64,000 bases of DNA from Lama glama (taxonomy: Eukaryota). Under the pieces are notes generated by a model, which did no database searches, had not been told where the DNA came from, and saw nothing but the letters and a program-made list of their open reading frames with translations. Where the stretch lies: positions 88,724,001 to 88,788,000 of the forward strand of contig CM052817.1 of the NCBI GenBank assembly GCA_028534125.1. The letters run 5' to 3'. Position numbers and translations under genes: made by a program. Positions 24,001 through 36,814 of the stretch are shown one piece after another (within the stretch, counting starts at the first letter, position 1; each line of letters starts with the position of its first letter).

Positions 24001-26260
24001 TATACTTACACACACACACACACACACAAAACTCTAAGTTCCATCTGTCTCAATTAAAAGATTAAATATAAATTTTAGTAGAGCTGAGAAAACCCCATTT
24101 ACACTATTACTAGCATCAAAAATAAAATATTTAGGAATATGTTAATTAAAGTTGTGCAATTATTCTATGCTGAAACTACAGAACAATGTTTAGAGAAAAC
24201 AAAGCAAGAGCTGATAAAAATAAACTGAGAAATGTCTATGAATAACATTGGGAAGATATGATATTTTTTAAATGGCAGTAATTTTCAAGTTAATCTATTC
24301 AATGTGATCTTTATCCAAATTGCCACTGACATATTTTGCAGAAATTGGCAACCTTATTATAAAATAATATGGAAATTCAAAGGATGCAATAACCAAAACA
24401 ATCTTAAAAATAAGAATAAATGCACATTTATTCTGGTGTCAAAATAGAGTGCAAAGCAACAGTAATCACGACAATATGGTTATGACATAAGGAAAGACAT
24501 ATGGATTTGTGTCACAGAATTAGGAACTCTGAAATAAATTATTTCATATACGATCAATTGATTTTCAACAAATACGTCAAAAATACTCAATGAAGAGAGG
24601 GTAGTCTTTTAAACAAATCATCTTAAGACAACTGAATATTCAGCTCAAGAGTATGAATTTAGACTTTTACCTCACTCTATGAAAAGATTAACTTATGTAA
24701 TAAGCTAATAAATGTAAGTGATAAACCTATAAAAACTCTAAGAAAGTCTCTGTTTTCAGGATTAGGATTAAATCATCTTGAATTTGGCTTAGGCAAATAT
24801 TTCTTAGGTATTTTATGGACATAGCAAGAAATAAAATTAAAAATTGATAAAACTGGACTTTTGTTTTTCAAAAGAGATTCTAAAGAAAGTGAAAAGGCAA
24901 GCTATAGACTAGCAGAAAATATTTTCAATCATATATTCTATAAAGGACTTATATCCAGAATATATAAAGAAATCTCACAACTCAAAAATATAAATAGACC
25001 AAATCCATAAATAAAATTTGAATAATAATTTCACTAAAGTTGATATGCAAATGGCCAAAAAGCTCATGAAAAAATGTTTATAGTCAGTAATCTTCAGGGA
25101 AAAGCAAAAACCTAATGGTATAATCACTTCACAGCTATTAGAATGTTTGTAATTAAAAAGTCAGACAAGTTGTTAGGGAAATGCAAATTGAAACAACAGG
25201 ATATGCCATTACACACCATTTGGCCAAATCCAGAGCACTGACAACACCAAATGTGAGCAAGGATGTGGAGCAACAGGAACTTTCATTCATTGCTGGTGGT
25301 TATGCAAAAGATTACAGCCACTTTGCAAGAGAGTTCACTGGTTTCTCATAAAATAAAACCATTACCACAAAATCAGCAATCCGTCTCCTTTGTATTTACC
25401 CAGGGAAGTTGAAAACTTACAGCCATACAAAAACCTCTACACATGTCTTTATAACAGCTTTATTCATAATTACCCAAACTTGGAGAACAGATAAACAATG
25501 GCATATCCAGACATTGGAATATTATTCAGTGACAAAAAGAAATGAGCTATCAAGCCATGAAAAGACTTAGAGGAATCTTAAATGTATGTTGCTAAGTGAA
25601 AGAAGCCCATCTGAAAAGGCTAACTGTAGGAGTTCAACTCCTGAAATAGACAAAACAATGGAGACAGTAAAAGGATCAGTGGTTGCCAGGGATTAGGGGT
25701 TGGAGAATGGGAATGGATGAAATTTTTAGAGCAGTTAAAAAATACTCTGTATGATGGATACTTGTCATTATACATTTGTCCAAACCTATGGAATGTACAG
25801 CACTAAGAGTGAATCCTAGTGTAAACTATGGACTTTGGGTGCTAATCATCTGTCAGTTTAAGTTCACCAGTTGCACCAAATGTTCCACTCTACTGTGTGA
25901 TGTTGATAGTGGGAGAGGCTATGCATGTGTGAAGGAAAGGACACCTGGCAATTCTCTGCACCTTCTCAATTTTGCTGTGAAGCTAAATTTTTACTGACAA
26001 ATAAAATTTTTGAAAAGTAAGACAATAACAAGTACAGACAAGTATACAGTTAAACTAGAATATTCATATATTATTGATAGGTATATAATATGGTATAGTC
26101 TCTTGACAACTTCTTAAAATATTAAACTTAGATTTGACATATCAGCAAGCAGTTGTACTTCTAGGTATATATTCAAGATAACTATGAAGATTTGTATACC
26201 CAAAGATTTGTATATGGATGTTCATTGCCACATGATTATTTGTAGTAGCCCAAAGATCAA
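21050..26260 (+). mobile_element. Long degraded old L1 (ORF1 and ORF2 relics)
   Basis: ORF1-like sequence at 21050-21900. ORF2 relics include QENYRP at the end of ORF 23162-23410 and atcttcaacaaaatactagcaaaacaaatccagcaacatataaaa (ILNKILA..IQQHIK-like). Many stops and frameshifts. Confidence 0.85.
25169..26012 (+). mobile_element. L1MC-type 3' fragment nested in the older L1
   Basis: gtaaactatggactttgggtg...ctcaattttgctgtgaa is an L1MC1-like 3'UTR. A 13-bp TSD, aaaagt(c/a)agacaa, lies at 25156-25168 and 26013-26025, and the host L1 resumes afterwards. Confidence 0.8.
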
Positions 26261-27574
26261 AGACAGAAAAGCAATGACTAGAATCACATTTCTGGACACT
26301 TTTTCTTAAAGTAATCCTAAGTGTTGTAAAGTTATTTAATGAGAAACAAAATGAGAAGGGTATGGAGTTCCATTAATATGCAAGTTCTACAGCTGAATTA
26401 TCTCTTAATTTATTAGGCAATGCAGTGAGACCTTATGGAAAAAATCACACAGAGAGAAATAATTAACAGCTATTCTTCAGAAAAAATAATTCATAACTAC
26501 ATTCCTAGTTCCCTTTCAGTAATATAGTAACCATAGCCAAACAATGCAAAGGCCCAAGTTTTTCTTTATAGTTGTCTTTTCCTGAGCACATAGGATAAGG
26601 ACTTGGGCTAAACAATGGAGAAGAAAGCCCTATTGTTGTAGCCAGGAAAAATAAGGAGAATATCTGATTTATTTTGAATGTTAGTGGTCAAAGTTAAGGA
26701 CTTTTCCTATATATTTTTATTAAAAAAACCCCACTGTTTTGCAAGCTCTAAATATATATTAAAATATTGACATGTTTATATGTCTAGTTTGGCTGTAGCT
26801 TTTATTCTGGATTTATTAAAAAGGACAGACTGCAAAGTAAATCTGATTTCAATTGTTTATATTTTACACATAGAATAATAATGCAAGCTATTTGGAGAAG
26901 AGAATGTTACTAGAATTTATCAGGACTTCATTTACTGGAAAGATATTACAGTAACCTGTGTTTACTGTAGCTTGGTGAGTGCCATGAAAGTATGTACAGT
27001 AATTGGCCTGTGGCATATCTTCAAATCATTACAAGCCCCAGGGTATTCATAAATCACCAGTTAGGAAGCATTTATTCAACACTATTCTTCAGTAGCAAAT
27101 ACAGTAAAAGCCTATATTTTAATTTTACATGTAAGAGTCAAGTTCTCCAATTTTTTGAATACCTATTTCTCAAAATCCCATGTTAGCCTTAAATATTGCT
27201 CAAAATGTTGAAAAATATCCATTTTCACCTTAATAGGATGAAAAATAACAAGAAAGTAAAGGTATTGAGGAATAAGAAAAAAACAAGTGCATGCAGTTTG
27301 ATGAATTCCAAATTATAACTCTGGTTTATTGATACATAATTGCACTGACAGAATATGCAGAGCTAATCCAAAACCAAAGTGAGAATTTATGATATTCTTA
27401 GGCAAGGGAAGCAATTAGAGAAGTTGTAAAGTAATATTTGACATATTTTAATAGATTAAAAAAATTACTTTTGGGCAAAAAAGCAACATCGAGTTAAAAG
27501 CTAAAAGTTAAAAGCTGAAAAAGAGCAAGAAAAGTATTTCAGCTTTTCTGAGTCAGATGTTATAGCTATCTTGG

Positions 27575-28016
27575 TAATTTTAGGTGTCAAATTAACTGGG
27601 TCACTGGGTGCTCAGATATTTGGTTAAAATTTATTTCTCGGTATGTCTGTGAATGTGCTTCTGGAGGAGATTAACATTTGAATAAGCAACTGGAAATAAC
27701 ATTTGAATAATTGTTATGTGAATAAGTTATTATTTAAATAAGCAATTTGACTATGTAAAGCAGATTGTTCTCCCCACTGTGGGTGGGCCTCATTCAACCT
27801 GTTGAAGTCCTGAATAGAATAAAGGTCTGAGCGAGAAAGAATGATTTCTGTCTGTCTAATCGTCTTCTAGCTGAACATCTGTCTTCCGCCTTCAGACTCA
27901 GACTCAGACTCTTGACTGAACTACACCATTGTCTCTCCCAGGTCTCCAGCTTGCCAATTGAAGATCTTCTAAACCTCCATAATCCCATCAGCCAATTCCT
28001 TATAGTATATAGTAAC

Positions 28017-28070
<54 letters not shown>

Positions 28071-28193
28071 AAATTATATATATATAATTTATTATTATTG
28101 TTATAAAACTATATATATATTAAAATTTTATATATATATGTATATATATAGAGAGAGGGAGTGTTCTGTTTCTCTGGAGAACCCAAAGTAATA
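27575..28193 (+). mobile_element. MLT2 (ERVL) solo LTR containing a (TA)n(TG)n microsatellite
   Basis: ggtaattttaggtgtcaaattaactggg...gtaaagcagattgttctcccc...gtgggtgggcctcattcaa...gttctgtttctctggagaaccc. Confidence 0.85.
28017..28150. repeat. Compound (TA)n(TG)n microsatellite
   Basis: Directly visible. Confidence 0.95.
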
Positions 28194-28988
28194 AAATAAC
28201 AAATACACAAAGAAAAAAGTATGAAAACAATCTAATCCAATAGAAAAGTAGAGTTACAGTAAAAAATAAAATAAAGAAGGAAAGAAGGAAAAGAACGTAG
28301 GGAAGGAATATACACAGGAAGTCACACAGGCAAAGCCAATAAATATTGGAAAAAGTAACAAGTTAATGGCTGAAAAAGTAATACTGAGAAGTGTACAGCT
28401 ATTTATCAGATATATAAAACCCAGGAAAGATATGAGGAAGATTTCTCCTGTGCTTAACAGATCGCTTAGAAACCAGGGGAACGGTATTCCAGGGAATCCT
28501 CCCTCCCTCCACCCAAAGTCTTCAGGGATAAGGAGATTTGATGTCCCAACTCCTTAAGAACATGGGCTGTCACCACAGTGTGAATGTGTGTATCAGAAGA
28601 CAAACTGTACAGATGATAAATGGAAATTTATATAAGCAAAGTTGGTGTTACTTACCTATGTAAATGAGATAAACTTTACTGAATAGGTTATACGTGTATT
28701 TTGCAGTAGATAAATCTGAAGGAAGGTTGAGATACAACATAATTAAATAAGACATCTTTGAGTTTGTTTCCTTATAAAGGAGATCTCTGTAGACACATTA
28801 ACTTAGCTGAAAAAAGAGTATGGAAAATAAATTTTTACCAGTATGCATTTCAGGGGCTATGCCATTTCACTTTAACCTCCAGACAAACAATCATGAAGGA
28901 AGGTTGTACTAGGTATAATAGATATAAAATTAAGATATAGAAATGGTAAGTAGGCAAACTTCTTTACTCAAACTTCCTTTTTAGTGTG

Positions 28989-29418
28989 TGTGAGGCTGCA
29001 CCCTGCAGGCCTGTAAGCCTGTACTCACCTAGCTTCAAGACCAAAGAAGGAGCCCGGAGTCACTGACAGAGACATCAATGGTTTAGTGGACACAGCGGAA
29101 CTTATGTGTCTGGAGCAACTCCCCACTGTGTGCTGTGGACGGCAGGCTGGACGTGATGGCAGGCTTTGCTCCCAGGGGCAGAGGGAAGTTAGCAGTTATA
29201 AGGAGAATTGATGTCAGGTTGGCTCATTGGTTCCCAAGGAAACCAGCAGAGGCACACACCCTTCACGCCCTTTGATTAGAACAATCACCAGCTGGGGCCT
29301 GGGGCAAGTATGTAAGAAGGTCAATCATGTGGGTAGAGTACAGGTGAAGCAGGCACTGGTCAAGCAGGGGCTGGACAGAGCACAAGAGAACAGCCATCTT
29401 GAGTGGCCTGGTCATACA
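28989..29418 (-). mobile_element. ERV solo LTR with a perfect 5-bp TSD (ERVL-class TSD length)
   Basis: TG...CA termini with gtgtg at 28984-28988 and 29419-29423. Orientation is inferred from a minus-strand TATA-like motif (gttataa near 29195). Confidence 0.8.
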
Positions 29419-30324
29419 GTGTGTTAATAAAATTTCAAATATGCTTGCATAAGTAGTAAATAGTTCAAATATATTCAACATATAAAGCACGTAGTATTTT
29501 ATAAATAAAAATGGTTATTCTTTACTACTTTAAAATATAGGTGAATACTGTCTTGCCTCACTCCTTCCTAATCAAGGACACTGCTATAGATGAGAGAATT
29601 CCAGCTGACCAATTTACCCTGGTTTTCACTGGAGGAATTCCAGTAAATCAGCTTTCTAGCTAAACATAAATGGGAAAAGGAAAATAAATGTTCCGTTGTT
29701 GTTGTTACATGCATTACGTATATAACACATATGTGAAAATTATCTGGCCAGTTTAAAGGAAAATCAACCAAAAAACTCTGTAGCCATAGCCTAATTTAAA
29801 CAAACAAACAAAAGAAAACTTTATATTCCCAAGTCCCTCTCTGCATATACTGAAGAGATTCTTCAGGGTGTCTTCCTCAGGGGATAATTATAGTTAGGTC
29901 ACACTTAACTGCCTGAGTTAATGCTGTCAAACTCTGTACGTGGAATAAAACAAAGCAGAAAGATGACTTTACAGCAAGGGTTTTGATCTGCAAGCTGGGA
30001 AACTCAAGGCTGTAAGAGCAATGAGTTCTGAGTTGCTCACGGACTAAGGGATTTTTATGGAGTAAATGCAGAAGTTATTTGGCTTTTCCAGGTAATTGGT
30101 TATCTAGTAGTCTTCTTACCTACTTGGATCAGGGTAGCTGAGTCAGGAGAACAAGGAAGTTCAGAGATGCCCTGAACAACAGACTTGGACTTTGGGGAGT
30201 GGCTGAGTTCCTCTACTGATTTCTGAGAAGAGGAGTAAATACCTGTAAATTTAGGTCAAATTTCCTTTATGTGCCTTCATTGACTGTCTCCATTTAGTCC
30301 TTGACATAAGTGACTCCATTTTAG

Positions 30325-30967
30325 GAAAATAATCTGAAAAAAAAAATATATATATATGTATATGCATAACTGAGTTGCTTTGCTGTATACCTGGAACTAA
30401 CATTGTAAATCAACTACACTTCAATAAGAAAACAAAATTAAAAAAAAAAGTTCTATGATCCCAATCAATCAAAGAACAGCATACGTAGATATATCTACTG
30501 TGTATCTGTCACAACATAATCAATAATTGCTGATCCAGGCTAATTTTTCATTGAGACTAATTAGTTACCTTTTTGCTTGACCTTAGCTTGGATTTCCAAC
30601 CAGAGCCAATTGCCTCATAAATGAACACCCACAGAAATACAGGGCAAATCATTGTTTTTACCTGGATTTTTTAAAAAGCTTAGTTTCTTACTCTCTAGTG
30701 TTAAATCTGTATGGCTAATTATTATCACAGTTGTTAACGTCTAGGACTGTGCCTTTCGACATAATGGACAATAGCTATGTGTCCCTATTGAGCACTCAAA
30801 ATGGGGTCAAGCACAAAGTAAGATGTGCTGTAAGTATAAAACATATACTAGATTTAGAAGACTTAATACAAAAAAATTTTATTAATATTTTACTTAATTA
30901 AATATTGACATACTAGTATTTTGGATATATAGGGTCATAAATAAAATATACTATTAAGATTTTAAAA
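30325..30967 (+). mobile_element. 5'-truncated artiodactyl-type L1 3' end carrying a 3' transduction of about 510 bp
   Basis: Perfect 19-bp TSD ataagtgactccattttag at 30306-30324 and 30968-30986. L1 3' end and A-tail at 30325-30449, then non-L1 sequence including a MER33-like fragment, AATAAA at 30940-30945 and a short A run. Confidence 0.9.
30740..30960. mobile_element. MER33-like hAT-Charlie fragment inside the transduced segment
   Basis: ctattgagcactcaaaatg...agatgtgctgtaagtataaaacatatactagatttagaagactta...attttggatatatagggtcataaataaaatata matches recalled MER33 and is cut off just after its AATAAA. Confidence 0.75.
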
Positions 30968-33900
30968 ATAAGTGACTCCATTTTAGCTTGGTTCTACAGT
31001 ATTAAAATACTTTTTAAAATGGTTTCTCCCACTAACAGTGGGATATTACTCACAGTACATTGTTTTTACTTAATTTTCAATCTTTTCCAATTGGGCACAT
31101 ACAAAATGGATTCACATTGTGGTTTCAATTTTCATTTCACTGATGATTAATCAGGTTAAACAAGTGGAGAGAGAAAGTGATTATAGTTAAAAGTTTAAAA
31201 ATATATCTTCAAATGAAGGGTTATAATTGATGCTGATAAACTGTTTATCCTATGCAGAAAAGTTTTTCATTTCCAACTTGAAGTGAAAACATTTTAAAGT
31301 TCTTTCAGAAAATTTTAAACTTCATTATTAACTGAAACTTATGGTTTTCATTGTTCTTCAGGAAAATCTGTAGAACTTTTCAGAAGCAAATTTATGTAAG
31401 AATAGCAATCTAGACACTTTGTAAGACAATAAAGACATTAATAATACTTCGTTATTACACATGATATTACTCACACTCAAGTTTAATGGCTTACAATGCA
31501 TTTTTTTGGCAGTATAAGGAAATTAGCTCTGTTTCCTGGCACAATTAGTTATAAGTCCTTCATTTTCATTCTGTTGAAGACTGAAGGACAAATCAGTGAT
31601 AACAGAATCAAGCACTCGGGTAGTCAGCTAAGATTCTTGTCTAGGAGTAATTTATCATGTAAATGGTGCTTGCTTTTTTTTTTAATGGAAATTTGAAAAC
31701 AGCTTTCTGCATGATTGAAGCCTTTGTCCGTAGCCCATCCCAACATATGACAAATGTAACTTTTCTCTACAAGATAGTAGGAAGATCAGTGTGATAGACT
31801 TTTGAAATGGCATAATTAGATGAATGTATGTATATTTTTCCAAATCCTCTCTGCTCTTTTAGAATTTTATGTGTATGTTACATTTACACTCTAAGTAAAG
31901 CATAAAAGATTGTAAAATGCCTTTTTCTCTGTGAAAAAATAATGGTTTGGGAAGCCAAATCTATCAAGTATATATATATGCATATTTTCTTTCTTTTTAA
32001 CTTACGGCTTCTTCAAGATATTATTAAAATAATATTAAGACAGTGTCTGCATTAACAAAATGTGTCTATTGAAAATATCAGAAAATATCTGGATGATTAT
32101 TGTATGACACCAGATAAATGAATGTGTACAAATGTATAGAACACAGATCTTCTTCATTTTCCTTGGGGTTTCTGGCACCATTTAAAGAACCTAAAGTACT
32201 TTTCATCCAAATATATAATATGAAATTGATACTGCAGCAAATACCTAAAAATACAGTTATACTTAATATTTGATGTTTATCCTTAAGGAAATACTATGCC
32301 AATGGAGCCATGCCTGTGAATGGAAAATGGTAATTTTTAAAGTAATTTTTAACCCATCCTGAAGGAAAATTAGTTTTTAAAATTAACATAGGTATTCTTT
32401 ATTAAAGTCTCTCAATTACTATATTCCATTGACTATATCAAGAATTATACTGTGGAATTATAATTTTGTAGGTTGTTTTATATTTTATTTTATTCATTGT
32501 CAAATTATTTGAGTTCTCCATTTTAGTTGACCTCAATATAGAGCCTATTTTAGTATCTAATTTTTATTTCTCATTTTAATATTTTTATATTTTCAATTCT
32601 AAGATACTTCACCAATACTTTAAAAAATAATGTTTTTTTAAAACATTATTTTAACTAAAATTTTTTTGAAAAAATATATACACACACACATATATGCTAC
32701 CAATGTCTTCAAATTTAGTGTCAACTACATTGTAAGTCTCCTTGGCCATCACAATTGGCCCCCAGTGTCTTCTCTTTCTTTTGGCCTCCACAGGGTGTCT
32801 GTGTATTCCTGGGGATCTATTTGTATGATTTACAATTTGAGAGTGCCATTGTCGATGATCATGTTCCCTTGAAGTTATTGTTTCCATGTGGCTGCAATGC
32901 TAACCTTTTTGAATTGATTTAACAGCTAGGAAAACCCTAAGCTGTCACAAATACCTCCTTTAAGAGAATTAAATGCAGAACAACAGCAGTGAGTACTAAT
33001 GTGGGGTCTAACAAATCGCTAGTTGCAAGATTCAATGAGACCTCTGTACCATCCAGTTTTAAAGTGATGGGGATATACATAGAGGGCAAAATGCTGTTTG
33101 TTATGTATCTATCCAAATATTTAAAGTATTTTACAATTATAAAATATTTGATTATTCCTCATCAACAGATAGGCAGAGCTAGGTATCTCTCTTAATTTAC
33201 TGGATGGGAAAATCTTGCATTTGTACAGAAAATTTACTGTATGACCCATTCTATTTTCTCTTGAAACTTTTGATGCAGTGTTATTTCTTCCATAATTATC
33301 GTGTCTCTTCTGTCCAAGATATTCTGCTTCCCAATGCTGACATGGATATTACAGATACACTTTAGTACAGAGTAACATATATGACTTTTAAAAAGTATGG
33401 TTCATATATTTACTATAAATTCATGGATGGAATATTCCAACAAGCAGAAATGGGAATGTAAATTAACTATGCTGGCCATTGTGATCTCATTAATACTAAT
33501 GGATATGTTTAAAGACTATGGGGGAATCTATCATTGTAATATGAGGAGATAAAACTAGTCATTCCTGAAAAAAATTCTGAGTGTAGGTATGTTGAGTTCT
33601 ATAAACAGATGTGTGCAAGATAGATGAAACATTAAAAAACAAAGTCCCTTTGGTCTGCAGCCAATGATAGATACAATGTTCTACATTTGGAATTAAATTT
33701 ATTTCATAGAAATTCCTGAAAAGGTAAGTTGAAGATGTGAAAACCCTTGGGGCAGGAAAGAATGGAGATGCTTTAAGACAGCCATTAATTAGCTTATCTA
33801 CCCAAGTCCCAGAATGTAACTTTGTCCACATCAGAACATGGCTGATTCCTCAGTTTAACTGCTGAGCCTCAGCAACCGTTGTTTTCCACCTTTTTTTTTC

Positions 33901-34312
33901 CAAGAGTGACTGATAAGCAGCAAAACTGACTACTGCAGACATTTTAATATTCAGTTCAACTCTTCCACTCTTTGCCTCGAGGCAGCCAGCACACTTTGCA
34001 CAACCTGAACTTTAGCAGATTTGGAAGAATTCACCTCAGGGAAATCAGAACTGCAGAGACAGTCAAGGGACTTATGATTACAAATAATCCACAGACCCCA
34101 TTATTTGGCAATACTAAGCTATTTTGGTGCAAACTCAGAGGTTTGATTTTTCAATGTTTCTTGAGTAACCACATGCAATGTAAATTACTTTTACCTATGA
34201 GTGTCATCTTTTCAGCCTAAATCAACTCGACTATGAGAACAAAAGCAGGGTTTTTTTTGTATAATGGAAGGACCTCCAATAGGTATTATTATATTTGTTC
34301 AACTCCCTCCCA

Positions 34313-34350
34313 AACACACACACACACACACACACATACACACACACACA
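34313..34350. repeat. (CA)n microsatellite
   Basis: Directly visible. Shorter dinucleotide tracts also occur at about 12740, 24008 and 49220. Confidence 0.95.
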
Positions 34351-34369
34351 TCTGGTAGTCCTTCACTGG

Positions 34370-34759
34370 TGTGGTTACTTAGATGGACCACGCCAATCCC
34401 CTTTCAGAACTAATTTCCTCAGGTGCTGAAGTGTTGTCTGCTGATAGCTCACAGCTGAGATTCCCTGTAGCGGCTCCTCTGTAAAAGGAAGCTGCCTTGT
34501 TCAAGATGACTTCCCCTCCTCCTCTCCCATGTGGCCTGTATCCAATGATTGGCCAATTCAGGTCAAAGGCTCATTAGCCAGGTTTCCCTTTTACACATCT
34601 CTGAAGGGGCATCCTAACTTACTTTCAACTTCTCCACCTGTGCAGTCCTCCTGTCCTCGCTTCCTCACAAGTGTTTTGTTCCCAAATCCCTCTCCAAGTA
34701 ACATCCTTCATGCAAATATTAGTTTCAAAGTCTGTTTCCAAGGAAACCCAACCTATGCA
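34370..34759 (+). mobile_element. LTR16-like ERVL solo LTR
   Basis: gctgatagctcacagctgag, tccaatgattggcc and catgcaaatattagtttcaaagtctgtttccaaggaaacccaacct are LTR16-type motifs. Confidence 0.75.
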
Positions 34760-36044
34760 TGTTGATCAAAAAATTAGACTAATCCTTCACAGAGGAAGAG
34801 GCAAAAGACAAATCTAAGTTCTACTCCTATACTCAGCTTGCTTTTTGGACGCTGAGTCATTTCAACACAATCACAGCTCCATTTCCTGGAAGATCTGGAA
34901 TGGGAGGTTAAAGGATTTCTTCAAGTTTGGTCTTAAATTGGAATAGATTTCAGCTTTACAGCTGCCATTTTATCTTAGTTGGGAAAGGATTTTAGGACTC
35001 TAGCTTTTACCTGACAACAGTGCAGTAATAACATATTTGTGTTTGATTTCTCCAGAACACTTCTATTTGTGTTCTTTTCTAGCCAAGAAACTTAACAGTT
35101 TCTTGTGGTGTCTTACAGAAAAGCATGACCTTTAATAATGACTTGGATTTCCTTTCTAGGAAGCAGTCCCTGTCTCTTCAAATACATAGAACAGCAGGAT
35201 CTAAGAAGAGCTTCATCGCCGGCGACCCAGTGCAGGACTATGCATATTTAGCTTCTAAAGTCTCAAAGTCAGTAGGTGATTTGGAACTTACTGAGGGAGC
35301 GATATAATGATACTTCACGTTCCCCAGAAGAATATTTAGTGATCGTCTTCCCTCCACTTTTGTTACTCAATAAAGGATTTGGAAGAGTTTTACATCATCT
35401 CTTTTTATAAATTTTCCTAAATTTTTCTTTCTAAATGTCCTATTACAAACAATTCTGAAAAAGTGCTTACTTGTAAAAGAGTATAAACTTGCATTTCTGC
35501 TATGCCATTTACTAAATAATAATCTAATAATACGTTTCCTGAGAACTCTAAAGGCCAATATGTTTATCTATGTAGTAAAAATAGTAATGAGACCTATAGC
35601 CAGGAATGACATAGGATTTAATTACGTAATTTATTTAAAACACAAAGCGTAGTCCTGGCATGTAGTCAGCACTAAAAAAGACAACTATAGCAATAAAAAG
35701 GATGATTAGCTTTATCAATTCTCTGAAAGATTTTAAATCATTTTTATTATTTCTCTAAACCTTAGTTACATTACTTCCTCTACCAAAGATAACATTTTAA
35801 AACTGGCATAATACATCTTTAATGAATTCAACTTCTTTAAAATCATGTTCTTCTTTTCATGGGTCTCCTTTAGTCTGTCCTTCAGGAATTCGAGCCTCTT
35901 ATGCTCTTTCCATCTCTTCCTTCCCTGCTCCCTCTACTATGAAAATATGCTCTTCAAACCATTCGATATACCATTTACCCTGGTCATACATTTTCAATAT
36001 ATTATCTGTTAAAAAGATATTTAGATTAAAAAATCTTTACAGAG

Positions 36045-36814
36045 TGTGAAGGCAGTTATATTTTGCTAAAAGAATTTTGGGCACCAAAAAGCAGATAGGG
36101 TAAGTGCCTGACAATCAGCTTTATATATATATGGATATGTATATATATGTGTGTGTGTATGTATATGTATATTTGTATGTGTATGTATGTATATGTGTAT
36201 ATTTATATGTGTATGTATGTAATATAAGTGCCTGACATTAAGCTTTTGATTGCTGAGGCATTCATTTCAAAGTCATCCACCTTGAATAAACACATTGCCA
36301 GCTACATAACTAGAAAAAGAGCCAGGCCACCCAACCCATGAAGTTCCCCTTTATAGAAAGCACTGGGTGACCTAGGTAAGTGACCTCTGTAGGACCCCAT
36401 ATTTCCCTTTGGGTGCTTTAATTCCTGCTCTTATGTTTGTAATTCACTAATAAATAATAAACCCATGAAACCCTAGGCACCCCACCCTCTACCCCATAAA
36501 GGCATGTCTTCACTCTCTCTCTTTCTCATTCTATCTGTGACCTCACTCTGTGGCCCCAGGTATCAGTGTACCCTCCAGGACTTGTGAATGATAAACCTTA
36601 TTTTTCCCATGTCCACTAACTGATGGTTGCTAAGGTACATCTTGCAGTCATAATAAGAGCCACAAGGGCTGGCCCAGCCACAGCATTGGCTCCAGGGAGG
36701 GAAATGTCCATGGGGCTTTTGGACTTACCACAGCTAGTAAAGGCCCCTGGTGAGCGCCTCCAGGCACTCCTAGTCAATATCATACTATCAATAGCATGTG
36801 ACCTACATAAAACA
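36045..36814 (+). mobile_element. ERVL-class solo LTR (MER74/MER54-like, tentative)
   Basis: TGTGAAGG...TAAAACA termini with 5-bp TSD cagag/tagag, a CT-rich R-like region and a degenerate poly(A) signal near 36590. Confidence 0.7.

Larger units (their letters stand above)
29925..30998 (-). mobile_element. ERV1-like LTR interrupted near its 5' end by an L1 insertion (30325-30967)
   Basis: With the insertion removed, the minus strand starts TGTAGAACCAAGCTAAAATGGAGTCACTTATG, a typical ERV1 LTR start. The left end tgtcaa at 29925 is approximate. Confidence 0.7.

Noticed and set aside
33800..34220. Non-repeat stretch with HNF4-like (tgtaactttgtcca) and GATA motifs, as a possible enhancer
   Set aside because: Short motifs are expected by chance, and I have no conservation or chromatin data.
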